Below are positions 24,899 to 37,730 of a stretch of 64,000 nucleotides of DNA, piece after piece; the first letter of the stretch is position 1; each line of letters begins with the position of its first letter. The position numbers were made by a program, and so were the translations under genes. The DNA comes from Proteromonas lacertae (Eukaryota): assembly GCA_002245135.1 (NCBI GenBank), contig NGBS01000017.1:1-64000 (forward strand), in the 5' to 3' direction. The notes under the pieces were generated by a model that searched no databases, was not told the origin of the DNA, and worked only from the letters and a program-made list of their open reading frames with translations.

Positions 24899-25146
24899 AA
24901 TCCTAAATTTAATGTTAGTTCATTCTTTGCTTTATCATAATCTGAACCATGTATTCTGAATTTCGTTCCATTAAATAATTTTGGATTTATTTCCACTTTC
25001 TAATTGTTATAAATTATTAATACTTGATTCCATATATTATCAATTGAGCTTTTTATCCTTTCATTCCAATGATCCACTATATCGAATTCTTTCGAGAACC
25101 TTATTCTAACATTTTCTGATTTTAGCAATTTTACAGCTTTTAACAT
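24899..25146 (-). pseudogene. 5' fragment of the NUDT22-like gene, truncated at the A/B junction
   Basis: Copy of 18041-18288, ending at ...LTLNLG. Confidence 0.8.
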
Positions 25147-25217
25147 ACAGAAAAATGAAAATACTTAACAAGGTAATTAATAGTGTAATTGACACTAAAA
25201 GTGTAATAATAGAAATT

Positions 25218-26449
25218 ATGTCTGTATAGAAGTCTATAAGTAATATATAATGAATAGAATTCCCATGGATTAACTGATGAGCAGTTAGCGATACTATTAA
25301 GTGTATTTATCAACTACATTCTTTTTATCTTAGTTAGAAATAAATAATCCATCAGAACCACAAGATGAAATACAGATGGTTGTTGATAAATCAAAAGAAG
25401 ATGTAGTTCTACCAATAACTAACGAGAATATGTATTTGCATGATCCTTCATTTGAAATGATTGATCCTACTCCAGACATATATGCTCTATTTCAAGAATT
25501 CAATAAAACATTCTTTTATGGTAAATTAGATTCTGTAGAAGTAAAATGGAGTAAAAGAATGACCAGTTGTGCTGGAATATGTTATTACAATCGTGGCTAT
25601 TGTAGTGTGAGATTAAGCATTCCATTACTTCAATATCGACCTAGAAGTGATTTAATTGACACATTATTAGTATTTTCTCAATATTTGTAATGATAATAGC
25701 ATGAAATGATCCATGCATATTTATTTGTAACACATCAGAATAGAGATCGTGATGGACATGGTGATGAATTCCAAAAACACATGAAAAGAATAAATGAAAA
25801 AGCTCATACTCATATAACAATATATCACTCATTTTTTGATGAATATAATAAGTATATTTCTTCACAATTTATAAAGATAAATAGTTGTCATCAGCATTGG
25901 TGGAAATGTGATGGAATATGTAGTAAAAAACCTCCATATTATGGTTTAGTGAAAAGATCAATCAACAGACCACCTGGACCTCATGATTACTGGTTTTCAT
26001 CACATGAAAAGACGTGTGGAGGAACATTTCATAAAATTAGAGAACCAGAAAATAATAATAATAATAATAATAATAAAGAGAAGAAGAAGCAAAATAGTAA
26101 GAAAACTATAAAACAGAAAGAAAATGATAATCAACGAAGTATATCTTCATTTATAATAAGTGATAAAAACAAAGAAAATAATAAAACTGAATTAAATGCT
26201 GTTTCAAGTGAAGAATCTGAAGATTCTGATTATGAAGAATATATTAAAAATGAAAAAACAATTCAATCTTCACTTCCTACTGTTGATAAAATAAAAAATG
26301 ATAAAAGAAATGAAAATAGTATAATAGTTATAGATGAAAGTGATGATGAAGATGATAAAGAAGTAATAAATAAAAAGAGAAATGATTTAGATGGAATGAA
26401 AGATCCATTTCATGTATTGGAAGCAAGAAAATTAAGAAAACTAGAATGA
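25218..26449 (+). CDS. SPRTN: SprT-like metalloprotease Spartan, copy 2
   Basis: Identical translation to copy 1. Confidence 0.92.
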
Positions 26450-26853
26450 ATAACTTCTTGTTAAAAATTATTTTTGATTTAGTTAATTCTTTAATACCAA
26501 TATCTGATAAAGAGAGTTAAGATTTATGTTAGAAGATATACAACTATTAAATATCTATCAGTTCTATCTTAATTCGAGTAATTAACTAAATCACTCTCAC
26601 CTCGATTTGTTAGTCAAATATCATTAAAAATAAAAATATATAACAGTCAAAATCAATTCGATATATTAACACCTCTTATTTCTTTCTTCATCGTTATAAA
26701 AATGAAATGCAAAATAAATATAAATTACACAAATCATTGGTTGATAGTTGGCGTGATTTTATTGGTTATTCATTCAAATAGAATTATCGTTTATATCTCA
26801 CTTATTAATCAAGGCAAAGTTTATATTGTTATTGATTCTTGTTGATTAGGTAA

Positions 26854-29800
26854 ATGAGTAATTATTTAAGCTATTTGTGGGGAAGAGGTAATGATGGTGA
26901 CTCATTTGGTTTTCTTAGTGGAAGTGTGAAAAGGCGCGGATTATTTGATTTTTTTCATGTAAAAAAAAGACCAAAGATAGTGGAAGATGATAATTTTGTT
27001 AAAATTATCAACAGTTTGAAAGCTGTAAGAGAGTATTTACTTGATGAAGATGATGAACTTGTTGAAAAATTAATATATTTAGAATATACAGATGAAAATG
27101 TCAACGTATTTCAATTCCCAAAGAAGAGAATTTACATCCGAGATTGTTATTATGATATGTTTGGAAAAATTTGTAAAATAATATCATGTAGAGCAGATAT
27201 ATCCAGAATAGTAATTACTGGTCAGCCAGGTATTGGTAAAACATCATTTATTTATGTTTTACTATTCTTCTTAAAGAACAATTTATTTCACAATTTTGGT
27301 AAAAAAGAAAAAGATTTGTTGAAGAAAAAAGAGTTAATTTTAGAACAAGAAGATGTTGAAAGAGAGAAGACTGAAGTATATACTGAAATGGAAAATAGAG
27401 ATAAGTTACTGAAGGATGAAATAAACAAACTTGAAAATGATATTCAAGCAAATTTACAATTGATTAATAGATATGAAAAAGAAATTGAATTCTATTATAA
27501 GCAACTCAAAGGTATAATAGATGGTGATTATGGTGGTGTAAATCCTCAGAATTTTTATAAACAATCTGGAAATATATATTCATTCACTGTCTTTAATGAA
27601 ACAATAGAAATTGATAGATCAAAAGAAGAAGAAGAAAATGGTTTAAGTGATATAAGAAATAGTACCTGTGATAATATTGATAAGATAATGAATGAAGTTG
27701 AAAGAACAATTGATGATATAGTTGGTGCAGGTACAAGAATAGATGGAAACAAAATTTCAACTTTTAAGGCATCACTTCATAATAAAAATCATCGTCAGTA
27801 TGGTAAATATATAAATGCATATGTAGCATCATCAATAATTAGAAATAATATCAATGTAATTGATAATCTAAGTCGTTCAATAGATTCAAAACAGTATAGA
27901 AAGATGGAATGTGTAGATGAAATCAACAAAATGGAAAAAGAGAACGAAGTATTAGACATAATGGTAAATAGTTTAAGTAAATCAAAAACAGAAGAAATAG
28001 AAAAAATTAATGGTGATATAAAAGCAATAGATGAAAAGAAGTATGATAAAATGAGAGAGTTGGGATTTAATTATTATATATTAGATGATAAGGTATGGAA
28101 AAGAGATAATAAAATTAGAGATATTTATGTAGTAAAAGGAAAGAGATATGGTGCTGATAAGGATAGGAAGATATATTTATTTGAAAATGGTAATCTCTGT
28201 AAAGTGGATTTTAAAGAACGTGATATTAAGAATTCAATAATAATAGTTGACACTTTTAATTGTAAATTTCATTTCAGCAACATAATAATTTCAATAAGTT
28301 CCCCTGATCATGAAAATAATGATCAATATACAAGAGATATAATAAATTGTACAGAATTGTATTTAGATTCTTTAAATGACACAGAAATATTAGAATGGTT
28401 TAAATACTGTATTGGTTTTAGTATTCCTAATGGTATTGGTGTTGGATTTAAAGAAATATGCAAAAAATATGGTAATATACCCAGGCAAATATATTACCAT
28501 TATTTATACAAAAGAAACTACAATAAAGATTATTGGGAATATTATAAGCAGTTGATAGAAAGTGTAGTAGGAACAACAGGTTATAGTAAGTTTGTACAAC
28601 AATATATGAAGAAAGATCATTTGATAAATAATGATTTATCCAATATAATATTAAAATATGATATGAAATTAGAATGGGATGATGATTTAAAACGTTTTAT
28701 TTTAAAACCGAAAGAAAAACTAAAATTCATATCTGATGCTGTTGAAGAATATATTCTTTTCAAATTCTATCCACCAAAGAATGAGATAGATTATAATAAA
28801 TTAAATGAAAAGTATGAATCAATTTATAATGATGAGTATGTAAGAAGAATGGCATTAAAACAAATCATAGCATATGAATTAAGTACTGAAATTATGAAGT
28901 TGAAATATACAGATGCTCAAGGTATAGTAATCAAGATTAGAAGTAATCCAAATTTCAAATTAAACAATCAAAAGAAAGTGTATGTTCATTATCCTCCAAA
29001 TGCATCACATTTTGTTTATTACATACTGGATGAAAATAATTTCTTTGATTTGATAATGAATGGAATATTTATAAAAGTATTATTAGATGATGACAGATTA
29101 GATATTGATAAAACAAAAATTAGAGAATCAATAAAAGTATGAATATACTATATATTTATAATAAATAGGAATACAGTGAGATTAAAAGTGGTGATTTTTC
29201 ATATTGTATAATAAGAGAAAAGACAATATGTCATTATGATCCTAGTTTAAATATTCCGCAACCTCAATTACCACAACAACAACCTCAATTACCACAACAA
29301 CAACCTCAATTATCTCAACAACAACCTCAATTATCTCAACAACAACCTCAATTACCACAACAACAACCTCAATTACCACAACAACAACCTCAATTACCAC
29401 AACAACAACCTCAATTATCTCAACAACAACCTCAATTACCACAACAACAACCTCAATTACCACAACAACAACCTCAATTATCTCAACAACAACCTCAATT
29501 ACCACAACAACAACCTCAATTATCTCAACAACAACCTCAATTACCACAACAACAACCTCAATTACCACAACAACAACAACCTCAATTACCACAACAACAA
29601 CCTCAATTATCTCAACAACAACCTCAATTACCACAACAACAACCTCAATTATCTCAACAACAACCTCAATTATCTCAACAACAACCTCAATTACCACAAC
29701 AACAACCTCAATTATCTCAACAACAACCTCAATTACCACAACAACAACCTCAATTACCACAACAACAACCTCAATTATAAACTCAACAACAACCTCAATT

Positions 29801-31837
29801 ATCCAACAACAACCTCAATTACCACAACAACAACCTCAATTATCTCAACAACAACCTCAATTACCACAACAACAACCTCAATTACCACAACAACAACCTC
29901 AATTATCTCAACAACAACCTCAATTACCACAACAACAACCTCAATTACCACAACAACAACCTCAATTATCTCAACAACAACCTCAATTATCTCAACAACA
30001 ACCTCAATTATCTCAACAACAACCTCAATTACCACAACAACAACCTCAATTACCACAACAACAACCTCAATTATCTCAACAACAACCTCAATTACCACAC
30101 AACCAACAACAACCTCAATTATCTCAACAACAACCTCAATTATCTCAACAACAACCTCAATTATCTCAACAACAACCTCAATTACCACAACAACAACCTC
30201 AATTATCTCAACAACAACCTCAATTACCACCACAACAACCTCAACAATTATTATTATCATCATCATCATTAGAAGAAGAAGAAGAAGAAATAATATCAAA
30301 AGAAGATGATTTTGATGTATATGATTATGGTAATAAATTGTTATTAATGAGAAAATGCTTCCATGATATGATTGATTTCATTTATCCTAAAGATTTAAAA
30401 ATGGATTATTTATATCAAAGAAATTTTCTGATATTTGGTCATCAAAAAATTGGTAAATCCGAATTAGCTGAAATTATTATAAACAAAATTCATGAAAAGA
30501 TTAAAGATATTCGAATAGAATTTAGATGGAAAATAGGAAAACATAGTGATATTAAATATAATTATTTTGAGGATGAACGTAGATATCCTCATCATCCATA
30601 TATTGTTGTTTCTGATGGAGCAGTAATTGGAGAAGATGATTATGCTGATGCAAAGATGATTATAATGTTGGGTAATCCATATGATAAAAAATGTAAAACA
30701 TTTCAAAGTAAAAGATGTCCATTAGTGATATATATACCTCCATTTACAATAGAAGAAGTGAAAAAAGTAAAGAAATTGAATCATCCAAGACTAGTAATAG
30801 AAAATAATGGATTTATCAAATACAGTGAAATACAAAGGAAATCAGGTGTTAAAATGAAAGAAAAGTTGAAAAAGATAGTGAATTTATATCTCAAGAATTA
30901 TGAATTTTATGGAGGTATTATAGGATTGTTTAATTATAATATGAACACATGTAATGCTGAAATAGAAAAAGTGAAAATAGAAATGATTGAGAATATGATA
31001 AAAGGCATAAATATATCATCTATATCAAAGGAAGATTATCAAAATATACTTATATATGAAACAGATGAAAAAGATGTAACTAAATCTAATAATCTTCGAT
31101 TTATCTCTGATACAGTAAGAAATATTGTATGTAATAAACTATTAGAAATTAATTCATTTAATAAATGTAATGAAATGATAGATTTATTGTTTGAAAATCC
31201 AACTGGAAGTTTTGCTGGAAATTTATATGAAAGAATTATAATTTTTTTGATGAGAGAATGCTATGATTTTAGAAAAGATACAGAATTTCAAATTAGAAGA
31301 TTCTGTGGTAAGAATATTGTTACAAAGCATATAGAAAATGAGACAGAATTGAAAAATGAAATAACTGGATTGAAAGAAAGTGAAAATGATATTACTTTTC
31401 TTGACTTTAGTTATAATACAACTTTCCCTGATATTGATGCATTAATTGGACCATATGGTGTTCAAATTACAGTTGGTAAAGAGCATAGTTATGCACCTGA
31501 AATGACAATGATTCTACAGAATTTATACAGGATTTATAAAGAAGGATATGATGATACAAAAGATTATTATAATATAAATAATAATAATCAGGTTAATACA
31601 CAATTGAATTTTTATTATATAATACTAAGTCCAAGAGATGAAGTGGATATTAAAAAAGTGGATAGAAATACAGAAATATATCCAACATTTTTACAACAAT
31701 TCACAAATAACAATTTAGATGGAAATACAAGAGATATTTTATTTGTCAAAGCAAAAGGTAAAAAGATAATAATACAGATTAAATATGCACAATTAAGAAG
31801 ATATGTTCTTAATGAATTGCAGAAAGGTAGGCAATAA
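26854..31837 (+). CDS. Crinkler/RHS-type double-NTPase + REase protein, copy 2
   Basis: Intact exon 1 (761 codons), intron 29137-29168, repeat exon continuing as DDFDVYDYGNKLLLMRKCF into ORF 30338-31837. A few frame-breaking irregular units lie inside the repeat (about 29777, 29800, 30098). Confidence 0.8.
29259..30247 (+). repeat. Coding 21-bp (P/S)QQQPQL minisatellite, about 47 units
   Basis: Directly visible; unit order differs from copy 1. Confidence 0.95.
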
Positions 31838-31934
31838 AAACAAAGTAATTAATGTTCTGAATTACTAATTCATCATCTATTATTGTTATTATTTTATAAC
31901 TGTAATTGTTTTTTTTTTTTTTTTGTATAGCCTA

Positions 31935-32182
31935 AATCCTAAATTTAATGTTAGTTCATTCTTTGCTTTATCATAATCTGAACCATGTATTCTGAATTTC
32001 GTTCCATTAAATAATTTTGGATTTATTTCCACTTTCTAATTGTTATAAATTATTAATACTTGATTCCATATATTATCAATTGAGCTTTTTATCCTTTCAT
32101 TCCAATGATCCACTATATCGAATTCTTTCGAGAACCTTATTCTAACATTTTCTGATTTTAGCAATTTTACAGCTTTTAACAT
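31935..32182 (-). pseudogene. 5' fragment of the NUDT22-like gene (second truncated copy)
   Basis: Copy of 18041-18288. Confidence 0.8.
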
Positions 32183-32253
32183 ACAGAAAAATGAAAATAC
32201 TTAACAAGGTAATTAATAGTGTAATTGACACTAAAAGTGTAATAATAGAAATT

Positions 32254-33485
32254 ATGTCTGTATAGAAGTCTATAAGTAATATATAATGAATAGAATTCCC
32301 ATGGATTAACTGATGAGCAGTTAGCGATACTATTAAGTGTATTTATCAACTACATTCTTTTTATCTTAGTTAGAAATAAATAATCCATCAGAACCACAAG
32401 ATGAAATACAGATGGTTGTTGATAAATCAAAAGAAGATGTAGTTCTACCAATAACTAACGAGAATATGTATTTGCATGATCCTTCATTTGAAATGATTGA
32501 TCCTACTCCAGACATATATGCTCTATTTCAAGAATTCAATAAAACATTCTTTTATGGTAAATTAGATTCTGTAGAAGTAAAATGGAGTAAAAGAATGACC
32601 AGTTGTGCTGGAATATGTTATTACAATCGTGGCTATTGTAGTGTGAGATTAAGCATTCCATTACTTCAATATCGACCTAGAAGTGATTTAATTGACACAT
32701 TATTAGTATTTTCTCAATATTTGTAATGATAATAGCATGAAATGATCCATGCATATTTATTTGTAACACATCAGAATAGAGATCGTGATGGACATGGTGA
32801 TGAATTCCAAAAACACATGAAAAGAATAAATGAAAAAGCTCATACTCATATAACAATATATCACTCATTTTTTGATGAATATAATAAGTATATTTCTTCA
32901 CAATTTATAAAGATAAATAGTTGTCATCAGCATTGGTGGAAATGTGATGGAATATGTAGTAAAAAACCTCCATATTATGGTTTAGTGAAAAGATCAATCA
33001 ACAGACCACCTGGACCTCATGATTACTGGTTTTCATCACATGAAAAGACGTGTGGAGGAACATTTCATAAAATTAGAGAACCAGAAAATAATAATAATAA
33101 TAATAATAATAAAGAGAAGAAGAAGCAAAATAGTAAGAAAACTATAAAACAGAAAGAAAATGATAATCAACGAAGTATATCTTCATTTATAATAAGTGAT
33201 AAAAACAAAGAAAATAATAAAACTGAATTAAATGCTGTTTCAAGTGAAGAATCTGAAGATTCTGATTATGAAGAATATATTAAAAATGAAAAAACAATTC
33301 AATCTTCACTTCCTACTGTTGATAAAATAAAAAATGATAAAAGAAATGAAAATAGTATAATAGTTATAGATGAAAGTGATGATGAAGATGATAAAGAAGT
33401 AATAAATAAAAAGAGAAATGATTTAGATGGAATGAAAGATCCATTTCATGTATTGGAAGCAAGAAAATTAAGAAAACTAGAATGA
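32254..33485 (+). CDS. SPRTN: SprT-like metalloprotease Spartan, copy 3
   Basis: Identical translation to copies 1 and 2. Confidence 0.92.
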
Positions 33486-33539
33486 ATAACTTCTTGTTAA
33501 AAATTATTTTTGATTTAGTTAATTCTTTAATAGTAATGA

Positions 33540-35453
33540 ATATGCTTGTGAGTGTTATATATGTTTAAATCATATAAAAATTATGTGAAAATTATTCATT
33601 ACTATTAGATTGTCGTTCATCATTCCTCTATCCTTTTGAAGTTGTTGAATTGAACAAAAAGAGTGATTATATAATGTTATTACGAAAATATTATAAAAGA
33701 AATTTAGAATATTTAAATAAAAGTAAATCTTTTCTCAAATGTAATATATGAAGTAGATGGAGATATACAGATATGTGATTTATTCTTAAATTCATTGAGA
33801 AAAGAAGAAGATATGAGATTATATGATATCTGCTTTAAAATCCCAGAAGAGCTGAATGGATATGAATGTAATGATAGAAGTGTGATTTGGTCAGTTGGTT
33901 GTATATTATATGAAATGTTTTTTAAGAAATTACCATTTAATGAAGATAGAAATATGAATAAAACAAGAGAGAATATACTGAGATGTAAATACAGTTTAGA
34001 TTTTGATTGTGATAAAATGATAAAAGAAATGATAGAAAAAATGTTGAAAGTAAAAAGTGAAGATAGATTGAGTTTAAAAGAGATGAGAAAAGAAATTATA
34101 AAAATGAGTGAAATATTGAAAGATGAAGAAGATAATTTAATGATCTGTGAAGAAAGAAAAGAGATTTTATATTATAATGATTATTATACAATTGTTGCAC
34201 TTCCAATAATCTATCCATCAAAATATTATCTTGAAAGTAATAAATGGGAAATAATTAGAAATGGTTTAATAGAAACATACAACAATAAATTATTCAATTA
34301 TAAACAATTTGTCTTCATGTACATTTATTAAGATGTATTTGTTCAAGTATACTAATAATTGTCTTTTATCATATATAATATTAAAAGAAATGGGATTATC
34401 TTCAATTGGATTGAAATACTTAGTTGATGGTTTAAAGAATATGAAAGAAGAAATATACGAACTTGATGTTAGTAATAATAATATAGATTAACGGGGATAA
34501 AATATTTGATGAGTTATATGAAAGAAAATGATAAGATTATACAATTATCAATTCATAGTTTGATAATGTTTTATATATATTTAACAAATAATCCAATCTG
34601 TAATTCAGGATTTAAATTATTAATTGACAATTTAAATATATTATTACCTTGTTTCCCACATGAAATTAATTTGAGTAATATTTCAATTGATGATGACAGT
34701 GCAATATTATTAACAGATAAATTAGACTCACTTAAAAAATGTGAAACAATATATCTAAATGGAAATAATATCAGAATAAAAGGATTAAAATCAATATGTT
34801 CAAAATCAATAGAAAATGAAGATTATTCATTTATTGAAATGAATAATTCATCTTGGATAGATGAAGAATTGATATATTATTTGAATTACTGTGTTTTGAA
34901 AGAAAAGGATAATTTTTATAAAGAACATAATTTTTTTGTATAAAATCTTTATGATGAAATAGATATGAATCTAAATGATTCTCATATGTCTTATATTCAT
35001 CCACTAAATTATCGTATTCTTAATATATCCAATAACCAAATTACTTCAAAAGGATTACAAGAATTAACTAATACTATATCTAAATATTCAAATAAATACA
35101 TATCTGTATTTAATAATCCAATTGGAGATGAAGGATTAGATAAAATGTCCAAATATTTTAATGTATTTATAGATGTTTATTATTCATTATTGAACATCTC
35201 AAGTATTATATGATTATTATGTTTAATATAAAAAATAGAAATTGGAATGAGTGTAAAAGGATTAAAAATTGATGAAAGAAAGCAAAGAGGTATTTTGTTG
35301 TTTATAAGGATTATCAATAACAGTAAAAGGGAATATCGATAAAACGGAATTAAAATCATTTTTAGAAACATTTTCATTCATTACTAAAATAGATGTGAAA
35401 AATCAGAAGAAGAGAAGAAAGAATTATCAAAAGAATTCTTTAATCTTCAATAA
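33540..35453 (+). pseudogene. Degenerate kinase C-lobe fused to RI-like leucine-rich repeats; probably decaying
   Basis: IWSVGCILYEM...LPF and RLSL kinase motifs without HRD/DFG. LRRs LDVSNNNI, LNGNNI, LNISNNQITSKG and NNPIGDEG. Several frame breaks. Confidence 0.55.
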
Positions 35454-35535
35454 ACATTAGAAAATGAATATATTAACAAATCAAATAAACAAAAAAGAAA
35501 ATATTTTATTACTATTTTAGTTTATTCATTCATAA

Positions 35536-37598
35536 TTATTTCATCGCATCTAAAGCACCTTGAAGGATTTTATCTAAACGATTTATTTCGATCTCTTTTT
35601 TACTCTCACTTTCTTTATAAGGATATAATCTTCTCAAATTTGGAGATAATTTGAAAGACATTACTTTGCCATGATCATCTCCTACTATTATTATCGCATC
35701 TCGTTTATTAAATGATATATGAGTCAATTTACATTTCTTTACGATTCTCTGTTCACAGATTGGATCATGTTTATTACTAGATAAATCATAAATCAATACT
35801 CTACCATCATTCGTTACTGCTCCAAAGACAGTTGAACTATAAGGAGACCAATCTACATCACCAACACAATCACCTAAATCAAAACTCATTATACATTCTT
35901 TCAATCGATGATCCCAAATTTTTACACTCCAATCTGCACTACAACTTATAAATATCTCAGGATGATAATAATTCCATTTCACTGAATAAACTGCCATATG
36001 ATGACCTTCATAACTTTCTAAATATTGACCACTATATGCTTTTGAACATTTATGAATTTTACCTTCTTCAGTTCCTACGATAAATAAATGTTCATTCACT
36101 TTATTAAAATCAAAACAGATTCCTCCTGCAAAACCACTTATTAAAGATCCATCGATTCCTATATCATTCTATTTATTATATTATAAACTAATATATATAT
36201 ATATATACATCACTTAGTTTCAATTTCATTATTATTTCCATTTTCAATTCAGAATTCTTCATTATCCAATTACATACATAACCATCAGATGAAATCGAAA
36301 AAAAATTTAAATCTTTTGCGATATCTTCGATTTGCCAACATACTTCCCAAACTGGATCAGTATGTTTACCTGTTTTTATACTCGATGAAAATATCGGCTT
36401 ATCTTGTTTACTTCTTATATCAAATACATGAACATTTCCATCTCGACATCCTACACATAACAATGAATGATGCTGAGGATGGAAATTTATACTCGTTATT
36501 CCACTATTAGTACTGAATGTGTATTGAGGATAAGATGTGTTTTTAAAAGAATAAACATAGATTAAACCACCAATATTTTTGAGAAAATTCATAACTTCCA
36601 AATCCTATACAAAACATATCAGGAAAGGTTGGATGGAATTCTAACGCTGTTACATGCCTTTTCTTTGTTTTATCACTTGTAAAACACCAAAGTGGTAATA
36701 AAGATCCTTCACCATTTCGATATTCATCGGAACCATCATCCCAAAATGTCGCATCTTCATAAATTTCATCTTCACGATTATGATTTACGATTCTTTCTAA
36801 CATTTTTAATGTTTTACCCATCGCATTACAATGTAATACATCACTTCCTTGATCTTCCTTTTTATTCTTTTTATTTACATTATTATTATTTCCACTATTT
36901 GAATTAGAATTTGAATTAGCCATTTCTAATTCATAATCTGATAAATAAGCATCATATATTTCCCATTTACTTACACAACTTTGAAATACATCAATTGGAG
37001 GAGGAGTTGTAGAAATTCCTCTTTCTCTTAAAGGGTTAGAATAAGTTTGAGCTGCACGATCACAATAATTAAATGAATTTTTTGTCATTGATAAATCTTC
37101 TTCTTCTTCATGCCATTCTTCATCTCCTTCATGTTCTTTTCGAATTGCTTCTTTTTCAGCTTCTATTTCATCTTCTCGAATTCTATCTCTCTGTAGTTGA
37201 TCAAACGCTTCTTCACTATTCACAAAATGTAAACCACTATCTAAATCAAAATGTATTGCTATATTATTCATCGTTTCACTTTCTTCTTCAATCATATATT
37301 GTTTATCTGTATATGAATAAAAGACTTTATTATGTGCTATATTTGGATCTTGACAACTGATACATCTATTATTTTTATTATATTAGATAATAATTGTGAT
37401 ACTTTTTTATGTGTTCTTGTTTTTCTTTTTCAGTAAGTTGTACTTGATCTGGAGGTGTAATTATAATTGTTTCTTGTCCTTTTAGATATATATCATCACT
37501 TACTTCAGATTTATGCTAATATAATAAAAAGGAGCTAATACTGAATCTGTCTCTTTAGCCTGTTTCTTGTTGGGACTGTTTCCCTTGTTTATAGGCAT
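35536..37598 (-). CDS. DNAI1: Axonemal outer-arm dynein intermediate chain (IC78/DNAI1 type, WD40)
   Basis: NSFNYCDRAAQT, GSLLPLWCF, KHTDPVWEVCW, GTEEGKIHKCSKAYSGQYL, SCSADWSVKIW and KLSPNLR. One extra T at about 36585 breaks the frame and is a likely error. Confidence 0.9.
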
Positions 37599-37730
37599 TA
37601 TGTATATACAATTGTCACTTGTGGTTTTAAATAGAACGAAAAAAGAAAATTGCCGTTTTTTGTTTTACTCAAGCTTTTTTTATTAATTTTTTAAAATCTC
37701 TCAATAATTAGTAATTGAGTATCATAGATT

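Larger units (their letters stand above)
24899..26496. repeat. Direct repeat A, copy 2
   Basis: Matches 18041-19638. Confidence 0.95.
26497..31934 (+). mobile_element. Segment B copy 2 (5438 bp)
   Basis: Near-identical to 19639-24898 apart from a longer minisatellite, three 1-nt indels and two synonymous substitutions. Confidence 0.4.
31935..33532. repeat. Direct repeat A, copy 3
   Basis: Matches 18041-19638; diverges after CTTTAATA at 33532. Confidence 0.95.

Noticed and set aside
18041..33532. LTR retrotransposon interpretation of A-B-A
   Set aside because: A has no TG...CA termini and is host genic DNA with introns; B encodes no gag, RT or integrase motifs.
36570..36600. Programmed frameshift or pseudogenisation in the dynein intermediate chain (similar breaks at about 20095, 23290, 34488, 44535, 56435)
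   Set aside because: All are 1-nt indels in homopolymers or microrepeats, and two are corrected in the duplicate copy. Long-read consensus error is the simplest explanation.
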